Source: an uncultured Verrucomicrobiae bacterium (GTDB taxonomy: Bacteria > Verrucomicrobiota > Verrucomicrobiia > Limisphaerales > JAFGQR01). From it: DNA of 64,000 nt. Shown here piece after piece: positions 52,241 to 64,000 of the stretch (positions within the stretch are counted from its first letter, which is position 1; each line of letters begins with the position of its first letter). The position numbers and the translations under genes were made by a program. Where the stretch lies: assembly GCA_963788655.1 (NCBI GenBank), contig CAWBHS010000060.1, forward strand, positions 1-64,000, given 5' to 3'. The notes beneath the pieces are model-generated. The model was given only the letters and a program-made list of their open reading frames with translations, had not been told where the DNA came from and ran no database searches.

Positions 52241-53640
52241 ATGAAACGAACCGCCGTGATCGATGTCGTGGGGCTGACAGAATCGTTGCTCGGGCCCAAC
52301 ACGCCCCGAATCAATTCGTTTCGGGAGCGCGGCAGGCTTGACCCGCATCCGTCCCGCCCTGCCAGCGGTCACCAGCACCGCGCAGGCCAACTACCTGACC
52401 GGCACGCTGCCATCGCAACACGGCATTGTGGGGAACGGATGGTATCATCGGGAGCTGGCGGAGGTGCATTTCTGGAAACAATCGGATCACCTGGTTCACG
52501 GTCGGAAAATCTGGGACGAATTGAAAACACTCGATCGGAAGTTCACCTGCGCCAAATTGTTTTGGTGGTTCAACATGTACTCGGACGCGGATTACGCGAT
52601 TACGCCGCGGCCCATGTATCCGGCCGATGGCCGCAAGGTGTTCGACATTTACACCGCGCCGATGTCATTGCGCGATGACCATCAAGCGCGACCTGGGGGA
52701 ATTTCCATTTGCCACCTTCTGGGGACCGGCAGCCGGAGCCCATTCGCCGCAGGGTGCGCCGGATGCCGCGTCGAGTTGGATCGCGCAGTCCGCTCGATGG
52801 ATCGAAAACAAATACCAACCGACGCTGAGCCTGGTGTATTTGCCGCACCTGGATTACAACTTGCAACGCTGGGGACCATCGCCTTCGTTGATCGGTGGTG
52901 ATGTGCGCGCGATCGACACCATTGTGGGCGCGTTGCTGGATTTCTACCAGTCGCGGGACGTGCAGGTGCTGTTGCTTTCCGAATACGGCATTACCCCGGT
53001 GGACCAGCCGGTGCATCTGAACCGTTTGTTCCGGCAGCAAGGCTGGTTGACCATCAAAAACGAGCTGGGCTTGGAACTGCTCGATTGCGGCGCCAGCCGG
53101 GTCTTTGCCGTGGCGGACCATCAGGTCGCGCACATTTATTTGAATGACCCGACGTTGGAAAGTCGCGTGCGTAATTTATTGGAACAGCAGTCCGGGATTG
53201 CGCGCGTTCTTGGCGAGCTGGAACAAGGGCAACTCGGCCTTCGACATCCGCGCGCTGGGGACTTGATCGCGCTGGCTGCGCCGAAGGCCTGGTTCACCTA
53301 CTACTACTGGCTGGATGACGCCGTGGCACCGGATTTTGCCCGCTGCGTGGATATTCACCGCAAACCGGGATACGATCCGGTCGAGTTGTTCCTCGATCCC
53401 AAGCTGGCCTTTCCCAAAGTCAAAATTGCCTGGCGCTTGCTCCAAAAGAAACTGGGGATGCGAATGTTAATGGATGTAATTCCCCTCGACGCCACGCTGG
53501 TCAAAGGATCGCACGGAGTCCAACCGGCGAACGGACGGGATTTTCCTGTGCTCATTTCGGACGGGCCGCTGGACTTGCCACAGACGCCAATCGAGTCCCC
53601 CGACGTTTACGCGGTGATCAAACAAGCCGTTGTAGGTTGA
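52241..53640 (+). CDS. Alkaline phosphatase / nucleotide pyrophosphatase family protein (EboF-like; frameshifted)
   Basis: VIDVVGLT, PAVTSTAQ, HGIVGNGWY, YLPHLDYNLQR, VADHQVAH, VDIHRKPGYDPVELF, KGSHG. Confidence 0.88.
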
Positions 53641-53837
53641 GGAAGCTGCTCGGGATGACGCTAGCGTTACACGACAGGTTGACGGAAGTGACTTGTGCGG
53701 TTCACCTCGAGTTTCGTTCGGACAGCGGCAGAAGACTGCCGCGCTCCAAAACCTGACGGATGACGCCCGGGCCATCAATCCACGCGCCAGCGTTTGGAGT
53801 GCGTGGTGCTTGCTCCCGCTTTCGTTTGATGTGGATT

Positions 53838-54012
53838 TTGGAAACTGCGGTAATGCGCGTCCAGGACGTTCACCGGCATTTGCGCCGTGTCCCAGGCAAA
53901 ATCCTTTTTGAGCATGGCCTGGTGGAACTTGGGATCTTTGTGACCGGTGAAGCCAATGAAACGAATCTTGCCAACTTTACGGGCTTCGAGCGCGGCCCGG
54001 AGCGGCTCGCAT
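53838..54012 (-). pseudogene. Aldo/keto reductase internal fragment
   Basis: AALEARKVGKIRFIGFTGHKDP...QMPVNVLDAHYRSFQ, flanked by REP-like repeats. Confidence 0.7.
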
Positions 54013-54172
54013 GTCCATTGGCGTTTTGGATGATGCGGACGTTGGTTCGTAGTCCGAGACAGGGCGGACGCCCGTCCTACCTTTTGCGGCGCCAGGCTCG
54101 TTAAAATGCTTGCCGAAATTTCTTCACGCCGCAATGAACCTTTGCTCGCCAGTGGCATTCCACTTGGTGAGA

Positions 54173-54649
54173 ATGGCGGTCATGACGGACAGTGAGCGAC
54201 TCCTGGTCCCCGATGCCCGAGCCGGCGTACCGGAGGCTTGGGACGCGCTGTTTCGCCGTTACCAATTGCCGCTCTATACGTATGTTTTTGAATTGGTACA
54301 TGACGAGCAGGCGAGCTTGGACATTGTCCAGGAAACCTTCATCAATTCTGCCCGGCACCTCGGACAATTGCGCGACGACGCGAAATTTGGCTCATGGTTG
54401 TTCGGGATCGCGCACCAGAAGTGTGTCCAGCGTTGGCGGCGTCAACGTCCGGACCCGGTGCCGCTTGAGCCCCACGGCGAGACGTTGCTGCTCGACGAGG
54501 ATAGTCCCAGCGAATGGCTCATCCGTAAGGAGGAAGAACAACAGTTTATGGATTGCTTGAATCAATTGTCGCCGCCACACCGGGCAGTGCTGCTGTTGCA
54601 TTTCCTCGAAGATTTTTCGTTGGAGGAAATCGCCAACATCACCGGGGCC
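54173..54649 (+). pseudogene. ECF sigma-70 factor lacking the final region-4.2 helix
   Basis: DIVQETFI, FGSWLFGIA, LSPPHRAVLLL, FSLEEIANITG; the expected GTVKSRL-like helix is absent. Confidence 0.75.
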
Positions 54650-54716
54650 GAACAAACCTTCAAACAATGTCCCTCGCAGAGAGCAACAACTCCGGGTCAC
54701 CTCGGTCTAAAAGATT

Positions 54717-56304
54717 ATGTGGAACCTTTCTTCGATCCTCCGCTCCCAATGGGAACGTTCCTCCATCCGCCGCTTGTTTACTTGGCGCACTATCCGGCGG
54801 TTGCTGCTGGTCGGCGCCGGTATCGTGACGCTGGTGGCGCTGTTTTACGCCGTTGAGAATTGGCGCGGCACCCATGCTTGGAATAAATATCGTCGCACTC
54901 TCGAAGCTCGAGGCGAGAAACTGGACCTGCCTGCCTTGGCTCCGCCAACCGTGCCCGACAACCAAAATCTGGCGATGGCGCCGGTGCTTAAACCGCTGTT
55001 CGATTTTTCCCAAGACACAAACGGCATTCGGTATCACGATACCAACGGATTGGAACGGTTGCGGAATGTTGACATTTATCAGCGCGGCGTCACACGAGAT
55101 AAGCATGCGGATTTGGGAGGTTTGGTTAACGGAACGTGGACCGACTTGGCGGGATTTGCAGAGTTCTACCGTGGGAACACCAATTACCCCCAAGCCGTGA
55201 CGGGCAGTCCGCCAGCGAAAGTGGTGCGCGTGGCGTTGAGCAAGCTTGATCCGCTGATCCACGAATTGCGGAAGGAGGCGGCCGCGCGGCCACTGAGCCG
55301 GTTTCCAATCGACTATGATGAGGAAGTGACTGTTTCTATTTTGTTGCCCCATTTGGCGACTTTAAAGAACCTGGCTTCGGCACTCACTTTGCGCGCCATT
55401 GCTGAGTTGGACGTGGAGCAATCGTCGGCGGCGCTTGCGGAACTCGAACTGGGATTTCGATTGTCGGACACCATCAGTCGCGAACCGCTGCTCATTGATC
55501 ATCTCGTCCGCCTGGCCATGTTGACGATTGAGCTTCAGGGGGTTCGCGAAGGGCTGGCGCGGCACGCTTGGGGTGACGCTCAGTTGGCAGCGATTCAAAA
55601 ACACTTGTCGTCATTAAATCTGCTGGCGGAACTTCAAAACGCAATTCGGGGAGAACGGGCCATCGAGGTGGGCATGCTGGATTACGCCCGCCGGCAAGGG
55701 TGGCGGTTTGACCCGGGAATGATCCTCTCGGACGAAATGTTCCTCTCAGACGAGGAGCAACAGCCACTGGCGCCGGTGCTGGCCCTTCGGCAGATGCCTG
55801 GTGGTTGGTATTGCCAAAACATGCTCCGAATCGCGCGGTTGTTGACCGACTACGGCCTGGCGGCAGTGGACGCACCGGCCAAGCGGGTTGACCCAAAGCC
55901 GAGTGAGCGTGCCGACAAGATTGTCGAAGAGATGTCCTATGGTCCGTACACCTTTTTCGTGAAATTACTCTTTCCGAATAGCAACAGATTGACGGGCAAG
56001 AGTGCGGCGTCACAAACATACGTGGATTGCGGGCGAATTGCCTGCGCTTTGGAACGGTATCGTTTGGCCAAGGGACACCTCCCCGAGTCGTCTGGCCGCG
56101 TTGGTCCCGCAGTTTATCGAGGCGATTCCGCACGATGTCATCGACGGCAGACCGCTGCGATACCATCTGTCACCGGAAGGCGGCTACGTGTTGTATTCGA
56201 TTGGCTGGAATCAAACGGACGACGGCGGCGTGCGCGGCTGGCGCTCCGATAAACATCGCAGCGTGGATTTGGAAAAGGGCGACTGGGTGTGGAGCCTGGA
56301 GTGA
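54717..56304 (+). CDS. Membrane-anchored hypothetical protein (frameshift near 56090)
   Basis: LFYAVENWRG, LLPHL, EPLLIDHLVR, IACALERYRLA, LYSIGWNQTDDGG, GDWVW. Confidence 0.75.
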
Positions 56305-56348
56305 TAAGGCCTTCTCTGGTGCTTGGTCATTGGGCCTTGGTCATTCAA

Positions 56349-57722
<1,374 letters not shown>

Positions 57723-57725
57723 GGC

Positions 57726-59280
57726 TCAAGCGTTGGCCGCGAGCCGCAGGTGGGTCAGGCGGAAGATGGCGCCTTGAGGCTCATTCGGCCAGGCATTGGA
57801 TTTCCCAGCCGTGGGCCAGCACGATCTGCTGCACCACCGCCAGACCCAATCCGGTGCCCTTGAGGTTGGTGGTGAAGTACGGCTTAAAGATGTCGGAACG
57901 ATGCTCCGCGGGAACTCCCGGGCCGTTGTCGCGAATCTCCAGCACGACCTCGCCGGCCTCGCCCTTCTCCGCGAGCACTTGAATCTCCCCCTGCTTGCCG
58001 ACGGCCTGGACGGCGTTGAGCAGGAGGTTGAACAGGGCCTGGCGGAGGAGCTGCTCGTCGGCCTTGATCAGCGGCAAATTGTCCTGGAGGCGCAACTGAA
58101 TGGCCTTTTCTTCGACATCGTAATTCAAGGCGCGCACCACCTCGCTGACCACGGAATTCAGCGCCACCGCCGAGCGGCGAACTTCGCGCGGCCGGGAATA
58201 GTTGATGAACTCGTTCAATTGGGCGGTGACCCGGTCAGCTTCATCGACGATGCTGTGCGATTTCGACCGCACTTCCGGCGGGGCATCCTCCTGTTTGGAA
58301 ATGATCTGGGCCAGGCCGCGGATGATGTTCAACGGATTCTTGGTTTCGTGGGCCAGGCCCGCGGCGGCGAAGTTCATTTCCTTGAGCCGCGTATTCAACT
58401 CGGCGGTGCGCACCAGCCGGAGTTCCAGGTCCGAGGAACGGTTCAAGTTGCTCCAGGCGAGTCCCAGGCCGACCACCGAAACGGACGCCAGACCACCGAT
58501 GATGAGTCGCAGCCATAAATCGCGGCCCAACGCCTCACGCTTCTTGGCGGTGGAAAAGACTACCACGAAACTGTGGACGCCTTGTTTCTCAATCGCCTTC
58601 TGGTATTCCTCCTCGCTCATCCAGAAGGGTCGCCCAAAGGGCGGGCGACCGTGACGGTTCCACCCACGCCGGCGGGGTAGGGGATCGACATTTTCAGTCG
58701 CGTTGGTAAGCACCGCTACCCCGTTGCTCACCACCTCCGTTACCTGCGGTCCTGGTTCCGGCCGGTTGGCGAAGCGACCACCATCCGTTTCCGAATCCGG
58801 CGGGCGCGGCGGTGGCGGAGGGCGATTGGCGTCACGTTCGGGCGTCCGCACGATGATGGTGGAACGGGAACCTTCCACTTCGGAGGCCACGTTCGTGCCC
58901 AGATCAACCAGATTCATCAAAGCCACGGAGCGCCGATCCCAATGCTCGCCGGTTCGGATCAGACTGCTGGTATCGAACTCGATGGGCGTGCCGGCGGAGG
59001 CGACGACTTCGCCGGCACTGTTCAACAGGGCGATGGCGTTGAGTTCACCGGGCTTGATCAAGGCCTTGAGGGCGGTTTCCATCCGGTCCATGGGAATGAC
59101 GCCAAACCGGCGTTGAGAACGCATGACCACGCCCAGGGTGGTCGAAATATATTTGGCGCTGTTGATCAACCCTTCGTCTTCGACCCGCCGGACCCGGGTG
59201 TGCTCGACGACTTGCCAGACGAGGATCATGGCCCAAACCACCAGCAGTGCGCCGTAAACCAGTTGAGTCCGTGTTTTCAT
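57726..59280 (-). CDS. Sensor histidine kinase (frameshift in the last ~20 codons)
   Basis: AHETKNPL, NLLLNA, DNGPG, FKPYFTT, GTGLGL. Confidence 0.93.
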
Positions 59281-59312
59281 AATGGGCCGCAGCCGGAGGG
59301 CCGCAGCGAACG

Positions 59313-60539
59313 CTATTTCTTCTTTTTCTCTTCGGCGGCACTGTCTTTAGTCGGCAGATCATCAAGAAAGCGATCCAGTTCCTGTTCGGTGTAGGATTTG
59401 GGCACCAATTGGAGCTGCGACCTCTCTTTGGCCGTCATCCCGGCCAACTGGGCCGGCTGTTGCACAATATGCGGCGTGAGGAAGATCAGGAGTTCGGTTT
59501 TGACGTTGTCTTTGATTTTACGTTTGAACAGCATGCCCAGGAGGGGAATGTCGCCCAAGAGCGGAACTTTGCTTTCCGATTCCGTGGCGCGGTTCTCCAT
59601 CAAGCCGCCAATCACCACCGTCTGCCCATCGGGCGTCAGCACGACGGTATCGGCGGTGCGGGAATTGATAACCGGCGCATCGTAGCCGGCGGCAATCGCT
59701 ACCTTTTGATCGGATAAATTTGAGATCTCCGGGGACACCACCATTTCCACCATGCCTTGCGAAGTAATGAACGGGGTCACCCGCAGGATAATCCCCACCG
59801 GTTGGTAGGAAACGGAGTTAATGGCATTGCCGAAGTTGTCGTAACGCACATTGGTGATCAGGGGAATTTCCTGGCCCACGGTGATGATGGCCTGCTGATT
59901 GTTGCGAGCCAGGACGGACGGGCGGGAGAGCACTTCCGTCTTGCCCGCGGTGGCGATGGCCCGCAAGGTGACTTGGAAGTCGCTGCCGAGGACTTGATAC
60001 AGCCCGGCTCCCGGCGGCGTGGGGGCGAAGCTCTGCACCGGCTGGCCGAAGGGATTCGAAACCAAGCCGGTGGAACTGGCCAAGCCCGACAGACCGAATG
60101 CATTGACGGCCTTGCCCTCGATGGAATCATTGATCCCCTGACGGGTTCCGCCCTCGATGCCGACGTCGTAACCTTTCCGATAGGTGACTTCCAGGAAGAC
60201 CACCTTGATCAGCACCTGCGGCGCCGGCCGGTCCAAGTTGGACACCACCATGCTGATGTATTTGGCGGTGTCATCGTCGGTGACCACGACCAGTTTGCGC
60301 GTTTCCGGATCCACTTGAAACGTCGCCGTGCCGAGTTCGGTGCCGCTGGGATAGTTGGCGCTGCCGGTGCCGCCGGTCGAGCCGGACCGGCGCGTGCCGA
60401 AGCCTTGCGCGGTGGCACTCTCCGTCATCCAGCCAAGGCCGGCCAGTAGCAGGGCCGCCAGGCCGATCCAAGTTTTAATGTTCTGCTGCATTCCAAGATG
60501 ATGTTTCGTTTGCATAGTGCTTTTGATTCGGTTGCTCAA
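59313..60539 (-). CDS. gspD: Type II secretion secretin, C-terminal (barrel) protein
   Basis: LDRPAPQVLIKV, LSRPSVLARNNQQA, VGIILRVTP, DGQTVVIGGL, KVPLLGDIPLLG, ELLIFLTP. Confidence 0.9.
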   Translation of the reverse strand: MSNRIKSTMQTKHHLGMQQNIKTWIGLAALLLAGLGWMTESATAQGFGTRRSGSTGGTGSANYPSGTELGTATFQVDPETRKLVVVTDDDTAKYISMVVSNLDRPAPQVLIKVVFLEVTYRKGYDVGIEGGTRQGINDSIEGKAVNAFGLSGLASSTGLVSNPFGQPVQSFAPTPPGAGLYQVLGSDFQVTLRAIATAGKTEVLSRPSVLARNNQQAIITVGQEIPLITNVRYDNFGNAINSVSYQPVGIILRVTPFITSQGMVEMVVSPEISNLSDQKVAIAAGYDAPVINSRTADTVVLTPDGQTVVIGGLMENRATESESKVPLLGDIPLLGMLFKRKIKDNVKTELLIFLTPHIVQQPAQLAGMTAKERSQLQLVPKSYTEQELDRFLDDLPTKDSAAEEKKKK

Positions 60540-62349
60540 CGACCGGTGGAATTGCCGAAGCTATTACCCAAACCGCTGTTGCCCCCAAAACCACCGCTGG
60601 TGCGGGAACCCTGGTTTTGCATCTGGGTGGCGCGGTTGTTCAACTGGTTGCCGGCCTGCCGGCTGTTATTGAGGTTATTGCGGTTGGCTCCGGACGCGTT
60701 ATTGTTGGGGCTGGGAATGAGGCCTTGAAGGAGTTGCTGAACGGTTTGCGGGTCGGTGTTCTCCAACGAGTACACATAGACCTTTTGTTTCCGGGCCGGA
60801 TCCATATCCAGTTCGGTGATCATGCTCGCAATTTGCGGCATCAGGTCCCGTGACGCACTCACGACCACCGAGCGGGTCCGCATGTCCGGCACGGCGGTGA
60901 CCTGGGTTTCCTTCAGTGTCCGTTCGCTTTGGTCGCCGTTATTGCTCGTCCGTCCACCGCCCGGGAAGCCGCCAAACCGCCCGCCGAATTGGAAGCGGCT
61001 GCCGCGGCGGCTTTGATTGCTGGTGTTATTATTGGGAAACAGATTCGAGAGCAAATCCGCCGTCTCCTGGGCGTCGGCGTTTTTCAGGTGAAACACGCGC
61101 ACCTCGGTGATGTCTTCGACGTTGGTATCCACCTGCTTGACCACGTCTTCAATGATCGAAATCTGCTCGGCCGGCGCGCTGACCACCAGGGAATTACTGC
61201 GTTCGTCGGCTACGGCCACCACTTTGACGGTGGGCGCACGGCCTCCGCCACCACTGCTCCCCCCACCGGAGTCATCTCCCCCCATTCCCGGCGGACCCCC
61301 ACGGCCGCGGAAGGAAAACCGGTTGCGGCCATTGTTGCGGGAATTGTCGTCCTGCGCAGCGAAGAGATCCTTGATGGTGGACGCCAGGGCTTTGGCATCG
61401 GCATATTTAAGCGGGAACACCCGCACCGTGGCCACGCTCTGGAGCGCGGTATCCAGCGCTTGCACAATCTCCGCCATGCGGCGAATGTTGATTTGCGTGT
61501 CGGTGATCACCAGCGAATTACCCCCCTGATTGGCGGACATTTGCGCCGAGGTCGGCAAGAGCGGTTGGAGGTCGCGGGTCAGTTGGGTGGCGTCGATGTA
61601 CTTGACCGGGATGATCTGGGTGACGATTTCCTCGCTTTGCGGAATTTTGTCCGGATCGCTCCCCATTTTGACGGGGATGTTCCGGGTTCTCGCTTGATCC
61701 TTATTAATGATGACCAGCATGCGGCCATTTTGCAGGGCGGCGAACCCATTCTTGCTGAGAACCGAATTCAACACGTCGATGGCCTCGTCCTTGGTCAACG
61801 GTTGGTTGCTCCACACGTCCACTTTGCCCCGGACGTCCACCTCCGGCACAATGATGAAGCCGGCGGCGTCGCTCAGATAATTCAGCACCATTTCCAACGG
61901 GGCGTTCTTGAAGTTCAGCCGCAGTCCTTTCTCGCCGTCGGCCACCACGTGGTCGGGCGGAGGCGGGAATTGCATCAAGTCACCGCCCGGCGGTTCGCCA
62001 GCGGGGCGGGACGGGGTTGCGGGGAGCGGCGCGGCTTGATTGGTGCCGACCGCCAAGGCATTGGTGGCTGAGGGGAATTGGTTGGCGGCGTGGGCCCGAA
62101 TTCATCGGGCGAGGCCGGTTCTTCCCCAAACTCGGGTCCCGATTGCTGGTCCGGGAATTGGTTCGGGTTGGGGATTGGCATGGCCTCATCCAGGTTCGTC
62201 GGAGGCTCGCCGGGGAACTGAGGGGCAACCTCGTCCGTGGGCTCTGCCGGCGACGGTTCCGCCGGGGGATTAGAGGATTGGGCGGCGGCGGTGAGGATCA
62301 ACCCCAGCCCGCAGCCCAAGGACGCGAAAATTAATTTTGGTGTTTTCAT
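60536..62349 (-). CDS. Secretin N-terminal-domain-only protein (frameshift near 62050)
   Basis: LRLNFKNAPL, IIPVKYIDA, VFPLKYADA, VFHLKNADA; no secretin C-domain. Confidence 0.85.
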
Positions 62350-63119
62350 TTCAATTCCTGTGCTCGCTTTTCCATTAGTCGTTTGAGGATATCTTTTTCT
62401 TGGTCGCTGGAGAGGGTGGGCGCTGGCGTGCTGGGCGCGGTGCTGGGAACAGTTTCCGTGGAAACGGCGCGGCGCGGATCGAAGCCACGGGAGCCGCCCC
62501 GGCGAGAATCAGACGCCGACGCGCGCGGATCGAAACCTCGGGATCCGCCCCGGCGGGAATCGAAGCCCCGCGAATCGTCGCGACTGGACTCGCTCCGGCT
62601 ACTGGTGCTGGAATACGTTTCGGTCGGTTCCCGCACCTGCCACGGGCCGTCGTTTTCCCGTTGCAGTTGCATCCCCACTTTGAGTTCCACTTGGTTGGTG
62701 TTCGCTTCGAGCTTCACCTGGTTGGCCTCGATCGCGGCCACTTTGTAATCCGCAATGCTTCCGCCGGGCGGTACAATCTTGCGGTATTCGGAACTCGAGC
62801 TATCGAAGAAGGCAAACGGTCCCTTGCGGTAGCTCATCGTGCCGACCAGCGTGAAGGCCTCCACCCGGGCGGGGGGCGGCGGCGGCTCGTAGGTGCGGGC
62901 CGGGGGACGACCGAATCGGTTGGCGTTGAAAATATTTCGTTCGGCGATGACCTGAAACGACGAGTAATCCAACGGCCCCTGGGCGCCAGCGGGGCGGGCG
63001 GCGGCAAGGTAACTTCCCGCCACGATTGTGACGAGCAGCGTCCAACGGCCCAGGCCGGCCGAGGTCTTTCTCATTGGCCGCGAATTGTTCGTGATCGGTT
63101 CGAGGGTTACGTGAATCAT
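62346..63119 (-). CDS. Hypothetical T2SS-associated protein (GspC-like)
   Basis: IAERNIFNANR, FTLVGTMSY, C-terminal ILKRLMEKRAQE; gene context. Confidence 0.6.
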   Translation of the reverse strand: MIHVTLEPITNNSRPMRKTSAGLGRWTLLVTIVAGSYLAAARPAGAQGPLDYSSFQVIAERNIFNANRFGRPPARTYEPPPPPARVEAFTLVGTMSYRKGPFAFFDSSSSEYRKIVPPGGSIADYKVAAIEANQVKLEANTNQVELKVGMQLQRENDGPWQVREPTETYSSTSSRSESSRDDSRGFDSRRGGSRGFDPRASASDSRRGGSRGFDPRRAVSTETVPSTAPSTPAPTLSSDQEKDILKRLMEKRAQELK

Positions 63120-63646
63120 GGTGCCGGATTCAATTGCAGGCCGCTGACCTGGAGGGCGAGGGCCAATTGTTCGCCGCGGTCGTCCCGCGCGGTGATATTG
63201 ATGGTTTCCACTTTCAGCCCCAAAGGCGACTTCTCGACTTCATAAAGAAAGCGTGTCAAGGCGGGCAAAGTGCCGAACGCATCAACGCGGCATTCCAACG
63301 TGGCGTACTGGTCCAGATTGCGGCGCCACTGCGGTTTGATGGAACTGATCCCAATGCGGCTGTCGCGCGACCAGCGGTCAAACGCGCTAAGCACCTGGTT
63401 TTCCGCCACGGACACTTCCGTCGGCAGGGTGTTGGTGCGCATGTTTTCCCAGCGCGTCCGGATGGCATTTTGCCGATCCAAGAGCAGCCCCCCCTGGTTC
63501 ACCTGCCGCTTCAATTCGGTGATCCGTTCCGCGCGGCTGTTCCACGCCCGCGTCAAGGGCGTCAGGACCAACCGGTCACCCACCAGCAGCGCCAGGGCCA
63601 CGATGGCAATAATGGCCAGTAATTGTTGTCGGTTGTTCTTGTTCAT
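63116..63646 (-). CDS. GspM/PilO-like protein
   Basis: N-terminal TM, coiled coil, LTRFLYEVEK..LKVETINI; gene context. Confidence 0.65.
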   Translation of the reverse strand: MNKNNRQQLLAIIAIVALALLVGDRLVLTPLTRAWNSRAERITELKRQVNQGGLLLDRQNAIRTRWENMRTNTLPTEVSVAENQVLSAFDRWSRDSRIGISSIKPQWRRNLDQYATLECRVDAFGTLPALTRFLYEVEKSPLGLKVETINITARDDRGEQLALALQVSGLQLNPAP

Positions 63647-64000
63647 CGGTTGCCTTGTCCGCCCCATTGAAAGTTGAAGGTAAATTGAATCGGCGACTTG
63701 CCGCGAATCGTTTCGAGTTGCACGTCGTTCACTTCGGGCGCGGTGCCCAATTTGTCGAGTGTGCGCAGCAGGACTTGGTTGTCCCGGGCGGTGCCGGAAC
63801 AGGAAATGGTGCTGGCGGCGCGGATTTCCACCGTCTTGGCCGCCACCGCGCCGTCTTCCGGAAAGGCCTCGGTGAGCTGTCGCAAGATGCTGAGCGAGCG
63901 GCAGGACTCATCGAACCAGGGCCGGAATTTCTTAATTTGCTGCTGCATGGTTTCCAGTTCGGTCACTGGCGTTTTGATGGCGGCCCATTTGGAGCGCCAA
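63643..64000 (-). CDS. GspL/PilN-like protein (5' partial)
   Basis: LRQLTEAFPEDG...ISCSGTA...QFTFNFQW; gene context. Confidence 0.6.
   Translation of the reverse strand, partial: WRSKWAAIKTPVTELETMQQQIKKFRPWFDESCRSLSILRQLTEAFPEDGAVAAKTVEIRAASTISCSGTARDNQVLLRTLDKLGTAPEVNDVQLETIRGKSPIQFTFNFQWGGQGNR

Noticed and set aside
62470..62580. Internal repeat DSRRGGSRGFDPR in the GspC-like gene
   Set aside because: Ordinary in-frame duplication in a low-complexity linker

Overview
GC-rich bacterial window. Gene content and repeat style suggest Verrucomicrobiota (inference). Many single-base frameshifts in ordinary genes point to an unpolished long-read assembly. Bases 1-28.4 kb are a minus-strand surface-polysaccharide locus: two priming sugar transferases, a WbpB/D/E-like oxidoreductase-acetyltransferase-aminotransferase trio, GNAT, Wzc, deacetylase-like genes, WecB/TagA GT, O-antigen ligase/Wzy-like gene, sulfotransferase, FkbM and GT2. 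Four kinds of accessory DNA sit inside this locus. (i) A ~6 kb array of eight co-oriented small-gene units (four-helix bundle, toxin-antitoxin pairs, nucleotidyltransferase modules) separated by stereotyped 8-mer/7-mer tandem-repeat spacers, with no integrase in the window. (ii) A ~275-bp element with terminal inverted repeats that encodes only a GIY-YIG protein and interrupts a four-helix-bundle gene. (iii) Two different group II introns, one ORF-less and one RT-encoding, inserted at nearly equivalent positions in opposite arms of one hairpin-repeat family; an empty copy of that repeat is also present. (iv) Repeat tracts translated in frame inside enzymes. Bases 28.9-64 kb are mostly ordinary genes: an orphan IS630-type HTH gene, CotH proteins including a giant lamin-tail/CotH protein, ModA-like, CPBP protease, SDR, a GH-like protein, POT transporter, eboD/eboF-like genes, a truncated ECF sigma factor, a sigma-54 two-component system and a T2SS-like cluster with a split secretin.
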